The notes below the pieces were generated by a model that saw only the letters and a list, made by a program, of their open reading frames with translations, had not been told where the DNA came from and made no database searches. This document shows positions 54,179 to 63,647 of a stretch of 64,000 nucleotides of DNA, piece after piece. Source of the stretch: a virus; the IMG/VR virus record IMGVR_UViG_3300047157_000073, positions 1 to 64,000 of that record, one strand, 5' to 3'. Each line of letters opens with the position of its first letter. The first letter of the stretch is position 1. The position numbers and the translations under genes are program-made.

Positions 54179-55114
54179 ATGGAAACTTTTTTATGGGTTG
54201 AGAAACATCGCCCAAGCACAATCAATGATTGTATTTTACCAGAGAACTTAAAAAAGACTTTTAAGGAATTTGTAGAAGACAAACATATACCAAACTTAAT
54301 TTTATCAGGTGGGCCTGGTGTCGGTAAGACTACTGTTGCCAAAGCAATGCTTGATGAGATTGGTGCAACATCATTACTAATAAATGGTTCAGAAGAATCT
54401 GGTATTGATGTACTCAGAAATAAAATTAAAAACTTTGCCTCTACTGTATCACTTGAAGGTGGTCGTAAGTATGTCATACTTGATGAGGCAGATTATTTAA
54501 ATCCCCAATCAACACAACCAGCACTTCGTGGATTCATGGAAGAATTTCATAAGAATTGTGGATTCATTCTTACTTGTAATTATAAGAATAGATTAATTGA
54601 CCCTCTACATTCAAGATGTAGTGTAATTGATTTTATTATTGCAAAAGATGATAAACCAAAACTTGCAAAAGACTTTTTTGGTCGTGTTAAGAATATTCTA
54701 GAAACAGAAAATGTAAAATATGAACCTAGAGTTATAATGGAAGTATTAACTAAATATTTCCCAGATTGGCGTAGAACAATAAACGAATTACAAAGATACT
54801 CTACATCAGGTCAGATAGATGCTGGTATTCTTGTAAATATATCAGAGGTAAATATAAATGAACTTATTACCGCACTCAAGGCTCAGGAATTCACTAATGT
54901 ACGAAAGTGGATTGTACATAATCTTGATAATGACCCTGTCCGTATTTATCGCAGGATTTATGACAATTTGTATAACCATGCTACTGCTGGTACAATACCT
55001 CATGCAGTTCTTATCTTATCTAAGTACCAGTATCAGTCAGCTTTTGTGGCAGACCAAGAAATAAACTTGTTGGCTTGTCTAACAGAAATTATGGTTGATG
55101 TGAAATGGAAATAA
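54179..55114 (+). CDS. gp44: clamp loader large subunit
   Basis: LWVEKHRP; GPGVGKTT; ILDEADY; PLHSRC; FPDWRRTINELQ. Confidence 0.95.
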   Translation: METFLWVEKHRPSTINDCILPENLKKTFKEFVEDKHIPNLILSGGPGVGKTTVAKAMLDEIGATSLLINGSEESGIDVLRNKIKNFASTVSLEGGRKYVILDEADYLNPQSTQPALRGFMEEFHKNCGFILTCNYKNRLIDPLHSRCSVIDFIIAKDDKPKLAKDFFGRVKNILETENVKYEPRVIMEVLTKYFPDWRRTINELQRYSTSGQIDAGILVNISEVNINELITALKAQEFTNVRKWIVHNLDNDPVRIYRRIYDNLYNHATAGTIPHAVLILSKYQYQSAFVADQEINLLACLTEIMVDVKWK

Positions 55115-55830
55115 AAAATGTACAAGTAGTAAAACCTTTTGGGCCATTAATTTTAGTGGCACAATTACCAGAGGGGTTTATTAAAAAACTTAATGACATT
55201 GTTGATGTAATTAAAGATAAAAAAGACATGGGCTCTAGACTTGCTGGTGTAATTGAAACTGAAAGTGAAATACCACATTCTATGTTGGAAGAAAAAAAAT
55301 GTATGGATGTTTTTCATGCACTATGTAGAAGTTACATAGAACAAGCTTATTTAAATTCTCATCAACAAGATTTATTTAATGCAATGGATATTAAAACTCA
55401 AATGCAATCTATATGGTCTGTATCACAATATGAGAATGAATATAATCCACAACACAATCATTCACATTGTCAAATAAGTTCTGTATTATATTTAAAAATA
55501 CCATCTATGAAACCTAGAAATATACCTAACAAACCAAAAGAAAAAGATGGCCAAATAGAATTTACTTTTTGTCAAACTGATAGTGTCTTTACAGTAGGTT
55601 CTTTTGTGACTAAACCAAAACCAGGCATGTGTTTATTATTTCCAAATACTTTATATCATCAAGTGTATCCATTTCAAGGTTCAGGTGAAAGAAGAAGTAT
55701 TGCATTTAACATGACATACAAAGGATTTAAAAAAGATAGTGGAATACAAATTGCTGGTGATAGTGTGAATTTATATAATGAAACAAACCATGCAGACACA
55801 TTACCATGGCGGAGATTAGATAATGTATGA
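55105..55830 (+). CDS. Fe(II)/2OG oxygenase-like protein inserted between gp44 and gp62
   Basis: PFGP; WSVSQYENEYNPQHNH; SSVLYLKIP; LFP..L.H.VYPF..GERRSIAFN. Confidence 0.75.
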   Translation: MEIKNVQVVKPFGPLILVAQLPEGFIKKLNDIVDVIKDKKDMGSRLAGVIETESEIPHSMLEEKKCMDVFHALCRSYIEQAYLNSHQQDLFNAMDIKTQMQSIWSVSQYENEYNPQHNHSHCQISSVLYLKIPSMKPRNIPNKPKEKDGQIEFTFCQTDSVFTVGSFVTKPKPGMCLLFPNTLYHQVYPFQGSGERRSIAFNMTYKGFKKDSGIQIAGDSVNLYNETNHADTLPWRRLDNV

Positions 55831-56215
55831 GTTAAAAGAATATTTAAAAGCAATTAATACTTCCAAAGAAAAACTTATGGATAGTGAAGATGAGCAATGG
55901 GAAAAGAAATATCCACCCTACATTGTAAATAAATGTCTTGCTCCATTTCAAGATACTATATTTCTAGTCAATGAAATGAACATGAATCATCAGACAGATA
56001 AGAAATTACAGTTTGACTTTTTACTAAATACTCTAAGAACAAGGCAAAGGTATACACCTTGGCTAAAGGCGAAGAAAGAAAAACATTTAGAATGTGTTAA
56101 AGAGTATTATGGATATGGTAATGAAAAAGCAAAATCAGCTCTCAGTATACTAAATGATGAACAAATAAAAACTATTATGAATAGTTTAAATAAAGGCGGT
56201 AAACATGGAAAATAA
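55823..56215 (+). CDS. gp62: clamp loader small subunit
   Basis: YPPYIVNKCL; NEMN; LQFDFLLN; VKEYYGY..EKA. Confidence 0.9.
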   Translation: MYELKEYLKAINTSKEKLMDSEDEQWEKKYPPYIVNKCLAPFQDTIFLVNEMNMNHQTDKKLQFDFLLNTLRTRQRYTPWLKAKKEKHLECVKEYYGYGNEKAKSALSILNDEQIKTIMNSLNKGGKHGK

Positions 56216-56616
56216 TATACAATGGAAGCAGGAGCAGATGTTTGAAGTTCTTTTAAAAGAACCAGATGACTTCCTAAAGATTAGAGAAACTTTATCTCGC
56301 ATAGGAGTTGCTTCTAGAAAAGAAAGGAAACTATATCAGTCTTGCCATATACTTCATAAACAAGGTAAGTATTACATAGTACACTTTAAAGAATTATTTG
56401 CACTTGATGGTAAGGATACAAACTCTATCAGAAAATGATATTGCTAGAAGAAATACAATAGTTAAACTTCTAAGTGATTGGGGTTTAGTTGCAATGAAAG
56501 GTACACCAGAACCGATTGCACCATTAAGTCAAATTAAAATTATTTCATTCAAAGAAAAAGATGAGTGGATGTTAGAAACTAAATATAACATAGGAAAAAA
56601 GAAAGAGGTAGAGTAG
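56205..56616 (+). CDS. regA: translational repressor (frameshift near 56423)
   Basis: PDDFLKIRETLSRIGVAS; LYQSCHILHKQGKYYIVHFKELF; RRNTI..LL.DWGL; KYNIG. Confidence 0.93.
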
Positions 56617-57026
56617 TGGCATATTCAGATAAAGTTTTAGACCATTATGAGAATCCTAGAAATGTGGGAACACTTGATAAGGATGATTCATCAGTTGGTA
56701 CAGGTATGGTCGGAGCACCTGCTTGTGGCGATGTAATGAAACTTCAAATCAAAGTAAATGATGATGGTATCATAGAAGATGCTAAATTTAAAACTTATGG
56801 ATGTGGTTCAGCAATCGCATCATCAAGTCTATTAACCGAATGGGTTAAAGGACAAAGTGTAGATGAAGCTTTAAAAATTAAAAATAGTGACATCGCAGAA
56901 GAACTTGCACTACCACCTGTAAAAATTCATTGTTCAGTCTTGGCAGAAGATGCTATCAAAGCTGCACTTGCAGACTATAAAGGAAAACAAGAATCAATAG
57001 GTAAATGGCAACCCAACTCAGAGTAA
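56616..57026 (+). CDS. iscU: Fe-S cluster scaffold protein
   Basis: YSDKVLDHYENPRNVG; GAPACGDVM; GCGSAIASSS; LPPVKIHCSVLAEDAIKAA. Confidence 0.95.
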   Translation: MAYSDKVLDHYENPRNVGTLDKDDSSVGTGMVGAPACGDVMKLQIKVNDDGIIEDAKFKTYGCGSAIASSSLLTEWVKGQSVDEALKIKNSDIAEELALPPVKIHCSVLAEDAIKAALADYKGKQESIGKWQPNSE

Positions 57027-57033
57027 ATACATT

Positions 57034-58449
57034 ATGAAGAACTTTCAATCGTTCATCACAGAAGAAAATGTGAATGATGGTGATATACAAATTGCTGTCT
57101 TAACTAAAACATCTTCAAATAAAGAAGAAGTGGTTGCAAACCAACTTAAAAAATATTCAGATAAAAATAAAATTCCATGTCATATTGTTAACACAAGAGA
57201 GGCATGGGTATCAGATAACGATTTAGAAAAAGGTACTTTAACTATATCAAATGTAGAGGGAGAAAGACTAGACTTTGATATACACAAAACAATAGTGTTT
57301 GTTCGTGCTGGAGTATTAGAGGATGAAGTAGGACTTGCATTACTTTCTACTTTTGAAAAGGCAGGTGCATTCATGATTAACAATCGTGATGGTATGTTAA
57401 CTTGTGATAACAAAATGACATCTTATATAACATTTAATCAAAATGGAATACAAACACCAAAAACATCATTAATTAATAATGAAGATTCGGTTGAAGATGC
57501 ACATAAAAGAATCGGTGGTAAGTTTCCTGTTATCATAAAAACAATTACAGGTACACAAGGTATTGGTGTATCAATAGTAAATGATTTTAAAAGTATGATA
57601 TCTGTTGTTCAATCATTATGGAAGTTTGGTGCTGAACTTTTAGTACAAGAATATTTAGAAATGCCATTTGATGTTAGAACTATTGTAGTGGATGGTGTAA
57701 TTATTGCCTCTACTAAAAGAGTAAGACCAAAAGAAGATTTTCGTTCTAATAGACATAGAGGAGCAGAAACATTTCCTTACAAACTTTCTGATGATGAAAA
57801 GGAATCAATATTAAATGCATATCGTTCTACAGGTGCATACATGGTTGGAGTAGACCATTCAATCGTAAATGGTAAAACATATATCTTAGAATGTAATGGT
57901 TCACCTGGTATCGGTTCTAATTTTGGAAATGGTGATGGTAAATTAACAACCAATGAAAGACTAATTGAAAAAGTAGTAACTCATATTTCAAAAGTTAAAA
58001 GTAGATTTGTAGGTTCAACACAAGTTGCTGGATATGTAGAGAGATTAGAGATAGTAGGACTTGGGCCATTTCGTGCTAAGTTTGATACAGGTAATGGAAC
58101 TAAAGCATCCATGTTTCATGTAGACAAATTAGAAATAAAAGGTAAGATGGCTAAATGGGAAAGAGGTGGTAAAAAATTTACTAACAATATTGTTGGTGTA
58201 TCTAAACCTATGCATGTAGACCAAATAGATAAAAGACCAATAGTATTAGTAGATATAAAATTTAATAACAAATTATATAAAGATGTTCCAATAGGATTAA
58301 CCACAAGAGATTCTAAAAGTACATTTTTAATTAATAGGGAATTACTCACTAGATTAAAAGTTGCAGTAAACCCCGACAGGAAATTCGTTCTATCTAGTTA
58401 TATAGAGCGAGGTGATAACAATGATGAAGACTATAGGGACCCAAGATGA
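57034..58449 (+). CDS. RimK-like ATP-grasp ligase fused to a retropepsin-like (RimK-associated) protease domain
   Basis: DNK; TPKT; FPVIIK..GTQGIGV; LVQEY; DVR; FRSN.HRG; GVD; LECNGSPG; C-terminal AKFDTGN...FLINRE. Confidence 0.85.
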   Translation: MKNFQSFITEENVNDGDIQIAVLTKTSSNKEEVVANQLKKYSDKNKIPCHIVNTREAWVSDNDLEKGTLTISNVEGERLDFDIHKTIVFVRAGVLEDEVGLALLSTFEKAGAFMINNRDGMLTCDNKMTSYITFNQNGIQTPKTSLINNEDSVEDAHKRIGGKFPVIIKTITGTQGIGVSIVNDFKSMISVVQSLWKFGAELLVQEYLEMPFDVRTIVVDGVIIASTKRVRPKEDFRSNRHRGAETFPYKLSDDEKESILNAYRSTGAYMVGVDHSIVNGKTYILECNGSPGIGSNFGNGDGKLTTNERLIEKVVTHISKVKSRFVGSTQVAGYVERLEIVGLGPFRAKFDTGNGTKASMFHVDKLEIKGKMAKWERGGKKFTNNIVGVSKPMHVDQIDKRPIVLVDIKFNNKLYKDVPIGLTTRDSKSTFLINRELLTRLKVAVNPDRKFVLSSYIERGDNNDEDYRDPR

Positions 58450-58670
58450 TAAATGCACTTAGAAAAAAATATGAAGCAGAAGTTGCTGCTGCCAAAGCTA
58501 ACATTGATGTTTATATAAACAATCCTGTTGGTATAGGTGAACACCCAGATTTAGTTGGAGCAATGGATTTAGAAATGACCAAGTTGGCAGATGCGTCTGA
58601 TAAACTTGCAACATTGAATTCATTCTACCCAGAAACCGCAGAAGAATTTTTAAAAGAAGAAAACAAATAA
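58446..58670 (+). CDS. small conserved phage protein
   Basis: A.ANI.VY..NPVGIGEHPD motif. Confidence 0.65.
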   Translation: MINALRKKYEAEVAAAKANIDVYINNPVGIGEHPDLVGAMDLEMTKLADASDKLATLNSFYPETAEEFLKEENK

Positions 58671-58673
58671 ACA

Positions 58674-58702
58674 TTGACAAAACTTGTTGAGCCAGATATA
58701 CT
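58674..58702 (+). promoter_or_regulatory. early sigma70-type promoter for gp43
   Basis: TTGACA-aaacttgttgagccaga (17)-TATACT. Confidence 0.7.
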
Positions 58703-58714
58703 GGCACATATATT

Positions 58715-61210
58715 ATGAACTTTTATACAAATGTAACACCATGGGGTAATACCCTGCTTGTCAGAGAGTATGTAAATGGAGAAAGGATTAATCGAAAGGT
58801 TAAGTATTCCCCTACACTATTCTGTAAAGTAATCAAAGAAACTAAACATAAAACTTTAGATGGTCAATATGTTACACCTGTAAAACATAATACAATCAAA
58901 GAAGCAAAAGAATGGTTAAAGTCTTATGAAGACCAACCACATCTTATTTTTGGTAATACTACATTTCAATATAACTATATTGCTGATGAATATCCTAATC
59001 ATGTAAAGTGGGATGTTGATAAAATTCTTATTGTAACGATTGATATAGAAGTTGCATGTGAAAATGGTTTTCCAAACCCAGAAGATGCAATTGAACCTTT
59101 ACTATCAATCACAATTAAGAATCATCAAAACAAACAAATATTAGTTTGGGGTACAGGTGAATATAAAAACACAAGAGAAGATGTCACTTATGTTAAATGT
59201 AAAAATGAAAAAGAATTGATACAAGAGTTTTTATCTTTTTGGCAAAAGAATCAACCAGATATTATTACAGGCTGGAACACAGAATTTTTTGATATACCAT
59301 ATGTTTGTAATCGTATTAAAAATTTATATGATGAAAATGAAGTGAATAGATTATCACCATGGGGTAATGTATCAGGTAGAGAAATTTATCAAATGGGTAG
59401 AAAACATCAAGTCTATGATATACAAGGTGTATCACATTTAGATTATTATGATTTGTATAGGAAGTTTACATATACCAATCGTGAGAGTTATAGACTTGAC
59501 CATATTGCCCATGTTGAACTCGGTGAGAGTAAAGATGATAATCCATACGAAACATTCCGAGAATGGTACTTAAAGGACTTCCAATCGTTTATTGACTACA
59601 ATATACAAGATGTAGAAATCGTTGATAGACTAGAAGATAAAATGAGATTGATTGAACTATGTCTAACTATGGCTTATGATGCCAAGGTTAATTATATGGA
59701 TGTACTTGGTTCAGTTAAATATTGGGATATATTAATTTACAACGAACTTCGAAAGAAAGGTATTGTTATACCACAAAAAATTCAAAGAAACAAAACTGAA
59801 AAGTTTGAAGGTGCATATGTAAAAGAGCCACAAGTTGGTTTACATAATTGGGTTATGTCTTTTGATTTAAATTCACTATACCCACATCTGATTATGCAAT
59901 ATAATATTTCACCAGAAACATTAGTTGCAAATGAAAAAGTTAAAAACATGTCTGTTGAGAAAATGCTAAATAAAAGTGTAGATACATCTGTTTTAAAAGA
60001 TGCGACTATGACACCAAATGGTGCTTTGTTTAAAACAACTCAAAAAGGATTTCTACCTGAACTCATGCAAAAGATGTATGATGACAGAGTAAAATTCAAA
60101 CAGTTAATGTTGGAGGCAAAGAAAGATTATGAAAGAACTAAAGACCCAAAACTTAAAAAAACGATTGCAAAATTTAACAACATCCAAATGGCTAAAAAGA
60201 TTTCTCTTAATAGTGCGTATGGTGCTATTGGTAATAACTGGTTTAGGTATTATAATATTTTGGTTGCTGAAGCAATTACTACCAGTGGTCAATTTGCTAT
60301 TAGATATATTGAACATTCTCTTAACGGGTATCTTAATAAAATACTTGAAACCAATGGAGAGGATTACATTATTGCATCAGATACGGACTCGGTGTATATT
60401 TGTTTTGACAAACTTGTCAGCAAAGTATTCAAAGGAGAACAAGATAAAAGAAAAATCGTTGACTTCTTGGACAAGGTCGCTACAGATAAAATCGAACCTT
60501 TTATTGATAAGTCTTATCAAGAACTTGCTGAATATGTAAATGCCTATGAACAAAAGATGCAGATGAAAAGAGAAGTGATTGCAGACAAAGGTATTTGGGT
60601 TGCAAAGAAAAGATATATTTTAAATACACATGATGTTGAAGGTGTTCGTTATAAAGAACCTAAATTAAAAATTATGGGTGTTGAAGCTGTGAAGTCATCA
60701 ACCCCTGCACCTTGTCGTGAAAAAATTAAACAAGCATTAACAATTATAATGAATGAAGATTCAAAAGTGCTAAATAGTTTTATACAAGATTTTAGAAAAG
60801 AATTTATGACATTAAAACCAGAACTAGTTGCGTATCCACGCTCTGTAAATGGATTAAACAAATGGACTGAATCACATAATCTATTTAAGAAAGGAGCACC
60901 GATACATTGTAAAGGTGCAATATTATATAATCATCTTTTAAAGGAGAAAAAATTACAAGGTAAGTATCCTTTTATACAAGAAGGTGATAAGATTAAATTT
61001 TTACATATGAAAATACCAAACACATATCAATCAACATCTATATCATTTATGACTAAGTTACCAAAAGAATTAAACTTACATAGTATAGTAGATTATGATA
61101 TGCAATTTGAAAAGTCATTTATAGAACCATTAAAATTTATTACAGGTATTATACAATGGCAGATAGATGGTAGTTATGGAACACAAGGAACATTAGAGGA
61201 GTTTTTCTAA
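58715..61210 (+). CDS. gp43: DNA polymerase, family B
   Basis: Exo DIE, GWNTEFFDIPY, YNIQDV; SFDLNSLYP; KISLNSAYG; ASDTDS; KKRY. Confidence 0.97.
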   Translation: MNFYTNVTPWGNTLLVREYVNGERINRKVKYSPTLFCKVIKETKHKTLDGQYVTPVKHNTIKEAKEWLKSYEDQPHLIFGNTTFQYNYIADEYPNHVKWDVDKILIVTIDIEVACENGFPNPEDAIEPLLSITIKNHQNKQILVWGTGEYKNTREDVTYVKCKNEKELIQEFLSFWQKNQPDIITGWNTEFFDIPYVCNRIKNLYDENEVNRLSPWGNVSGREIYQMGRKHQVYDIQGVSHLDYYDLYRKFTYTNRESYRLDHIAHVELGESKDDNPYETFREWYLKDFQSFIDYNIQDVEIVDRLEDKMRLIELCLTMAYDAKVNYMDVLGSVKYWDILIYNELRKKGIVIPQKIQRNKTEKFEGAYVKEPQVGLHNWVMSFDLNSLYPHLIMQYNISPETLVANEKVKNMSVEKMLNKSVDTSVLKDATMTPNGALFKTTQKGFLPELMQKMYDDRVKFKQLMLEAKKDYERTKDPKLKKTIAKFNNIQMAKKISLNSAYGAIGNNWFRYYNILVAEAITTSGQFAIRYIEHSLNGYLNKILETNGEDYIIASDTDSVYICFDKLVSKVFKGEQDKRKIVDFLDKVATDKIEPFIDKSYQELAEYVNAYEQKMQMKREVIADKGIWVAKKRYILNTHDVEGVRYKEPKLKIMGVEAVKSSTPAPCREKIKQALTIIMNEDSKVLNSFIQDFRKEFMTLKPELVAYPRSVNGLNKWTESHNLFKKGAPIHCKGAILYNHLLKEKKLQGKYPFIQEGDKIKFLHMKIPNTYQSTSISFMTKLPKELNLHSIVDYDMQFEKSFIEPLKFITGIIQWQIDGSYGTQGTLEEFF

Positions 61211-61314
61211 TGGCAGGTAAAGGAGATAAAAGAAGACCAATGAAAGTACCACAAGATGATTATGAAAAAAATTGGAATAGAATATTTGAAAAGAAAAAGA
61301 AAGAAAAAAAATGA
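61210..61314 (+). CDS. 34-aa basic phage peptide (not in ORF track)
   Basis: MAGKGDKRRPMKVPQDDYEKNWNRIFEKKKKEKK*; overlaps both neighbours; SD gagg. Confidence 0.55.
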   Translation: MAGKGDKRRPMKVPQDDYEKNWNRIFEKKKKEKK

Positions 61315-62501
61315 AATATAAACCATATAATTTAAAAGATGTTGTTAAGGCTTCTGAACAAGAAAAGTTTACAGTAGTATCTACCTTTGCTGGTGGCGGT
61401 GGTAGTTCCACAGGTTATCGTTTGGCTGGTGGTAAGATATTATGTGTGAATGAATTCGTTGAACAAGCCATAAACACATATAAAGAAAACTACCCAGACA
61501 CACCTGTACTACCAGATGATATAAAAAAACTTACTGCAGAAGATTTTAACAAGTATGGTGACATAGATATCTTTGATGGTTCACCACCATGTTCAGCATT
61601 CTCTGTATCTGGTGCAATGGTACAAGGCGGACACTCTAAAGGTTGGGGTCAAACTAAGAACTATTCTGATGGTAAGAAGATTGAGAATATAGAAGATTTA
61701 TTTTTTGAGTTTTTAAGAGTTGCAAAAGATTTAAGACCTAAAGTTATTGTTGCTGAAAATGTAAAAGGATTAACTGTAGGAGAGGCAAAGAAATATTATT
61801 ATAAAATTACAAATACATTTGAAGAAATAGGATATGATGTATCATCTAAAGTTTTAAATTCTGTTCACTATGGTGTTCCACAAACTAGACAAAGAACTAT
61901 CTTTATTGCTGTTCGTGAAGATGTAACACAAGAGATAGGACTAACATTTATGAATATTGCTAGTATCTTCCCAGATGAAAGTAAAGATGTTGTCACACTA
62001 GAAGATTGTTTAAGTGATGTAGAAGTAGATAGAAAAGAAGCAGATGAACTAACAGAAAAATTTAAAAATAAATCTCATTATGAAACTTGGTTGAAAATGC
62101 CAGATGACCCAGACAAGGTTGAAACAGGTTGTGATTATCATCCTAAAGGTCATCACTTTAATATGAAAAAAACATCTAGACATAAACCTGCTCCAACAAT
62201 TACAGCAACAGGTGGGGCTATGCATTGGACTGAACCTAGACCATTTACAATTAAAGAAACAAAAAGAATAATGTCATTACCTGATGATTTTAAATTAACA
62301 GGTAGTCATAGTCAACAGTCAGAAAGATGTGGCAGAATGGTACCACCTCTAATGATGAAAGCAATTGCAGAATCAATTTATGAAAAAGTATTGAAACCAT
62401 ACTATAAAAAAAAACCTAAAGAAATAGGTGGAAGAAAAGATGGTTTAGAACCCACTCGATATAATGATTGGGAATCGAAAGGAAGATGTATAGATTTTTA
62501 A
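61311..62501 (+). CDS. C5-cytosine DNA methyltransferase homologue (motif X GRMV) with DUF1674/SDHAF4-like C-terminal tail
   Basis: FAGGGG (I), DGSPPC (IV), ENV (VI), PQTRQR (VIII), RIMSLPDDF (IX), GRMVPP (X); tail KEIGG...EPTRYNDWESKGRCIDF. Confidence 0.9.
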   Translation: MKYKPYNLKDVVKASEQEKFTVVSTFAGGGGSSTGYRLAGGKILCVNEFVEQAINTYKENYPDTPVLPDDIKKLTAEDFNKYGDIDIFDGSPPCSAFSVSGAMVQGGHSKGWGQTKNYSDGKKIENIEDLFFEFLRVAKDLRPKVIVAENVKGLTVGEAKKYYYKITNTFEEIGYDVSSKVLNSVHYGVPQTRQRTIFIAVREDVTQEIGLTFMNIASIFPDESKDVVTLEDCLSDVEVDRKEADELTEKFKNKSHYETWLKMPDDPDKVETGCDYHPKGHHFNMKKTSRHKPAPTITATGGAMHWTEPRPFTIKETKRIMSLPDDFKLTGSHSQQSERCGRMVPPLMMKAIAESIYEKVLKPYYKKKPKEIGGRKDGLEPTRYNDWESKGRCIDF

Positions 62502-62502
62502 T

Positions 62503-63642
62503 ATGAAATATTCAAAGTATAATTTAAAAGATGTAAAAGAAGCATCGGCACAAAATAAGTTTAGTGTCATATCTACCTTTGCAGGTGGTGGTGGTTCATC
62601 TACAGGTTATAGACTTGCAGGTGGAAATATACTTTGTGTAAATGAGTTTGTAGAACAAGCAAGAATTACATATAAAGAAAATTACCCAGATACAAAAATA
62701 CTACCTGATGATATAAAACAACTAACAGGTAAAGACTTTTTAAAAACTGCTGGAATACAAAAAGGTGAACTAGATATATTAGATGGCTCACCACCATGTT
62801 CTGCTTTTTCAATGTGTGGAACACTAGGACAGTCTGGTTCTAAACATTCTGATGGTTGGGGTAAAACTAAAAAGTATTCAGACAATAAAATAGTAGAAAA
62901 TATAGAAGACTTATTTTTTGAGTATCTTAGAGTTGCAGAAGAAATAAAACCAAAAGTAATCATAGGAGAAAATGTTGCAGGTCTTCTCGCAGGCGAAGCA
63001 AAATTAAAGCTAAATGAGATTGTAAACACATTTGAAAAAATTGGTTATGATGTATCATATAAGATTTTGAATGCATCACATTTTGGAGTACCACAGTCTA
63101 GAAGGCGAGTTATCTTTATAGCAGTCCGTGAGGATGTCACAGAGGCCATAGGATTGACATTTATGAACATTGCTAGTATCTTTCCACAAGAGAATAAAGA
63201 AGTAGTAACAGCAGGAGAGGCACTAGAGGATTTAGAATTAGATAAAGAAGAAGTTAAATGGTGTACAGATACATGGTTAAGTTCCGCACATTACAAGGAT
63301 ACAGCATCTTTAATGCCAGATGACCCAGATAAAGTATTAGGTGGAAATGACTTTCATCCTAAAGGATGGCATTTCAATGTTAAGAAAATGTCTAGACATC
63401 ATCCAGCCCCAACAATTACGACAAATGCAGATGTTTGTCACTTTATTGAAAAAAGGCGGTTGACAATTCGTGAAATAAAGCGTATAATGGCTTTACCAGA
63501 TGATTTTATAGTGACTGGTTCTATGTCACAGAAAATAGAAAGATGTGGTAGAATGGTACCCTCATTAATGATGAAGGCCATTGCTGAATCTGTCTATAAA
63601 AATGTAATACAACCTTATAATTGGGTTTGTGGAATGGAGTAA
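62503..63642 (+). CDS. second C5-cytosine DNA methyltransferase homologue (motif X GRMV)
   Basis: FAGGGG, DGSPPC, ENV, PQSRRR, RRLTIRE..RIMALPDDF, GRMVPS. Confidence 0.9.
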   Translation: MKYSKYNLKDVKEASAQNKFSVISTFAGGGGSSTGYRLAGGNILCVNEFVEQARITYKENYPDTKILPDDIKQLTGKDFLKTAGIQKGELDILDGSPPCSAFSMCGTLGQSGSKHSDGWGKTKKYSDNKIVENIEDLFFEYLRVAEEIKPKVIIGENVAGLLAGEAKLKLNEIVNTFEKIGYDVSYKILNASHFGVPQSRRRVIFIAVREDVTEAIGLTFMNIASIFPQENKEVVTAGEALEDLELDKEEVKWCTDTWLSSAHYKDTASLMPDDPDKVLGGNDFHPKGWHFNVKKMSRHHPAPTITTNADVCHFIEKRRLTIREIKRIMALPDDFIVTGSMSQKIERCGRMVPSLMMKAIAESVYKNVIQPYNWVCGME

Positions 63643-63647
63643 AAATT

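Noticed and set aside
30337-56616. Programmed frameshifting or pseudogenes in gp20, gp46, uvsW, uvsY and regA
   Set aside because: No consistent slippery motif, both +1 and -1 events, and essential genes affected; sequence error is the simpler explanation
25675-61210. Inteins or introns in gp17, gp23 or gp43
   Set aside because: Lengths and motif spacing look normal, with no intein terminal motifs or homing endonuclease inserts seen
95-63029. Numerous minus-strand and alternative-frame ORFs in the ORF track
   Set aside because: They lie wholly over well-supported + strand genes, lack SD sequences and recognisable motifs, and are expected shadows of biased codon usage
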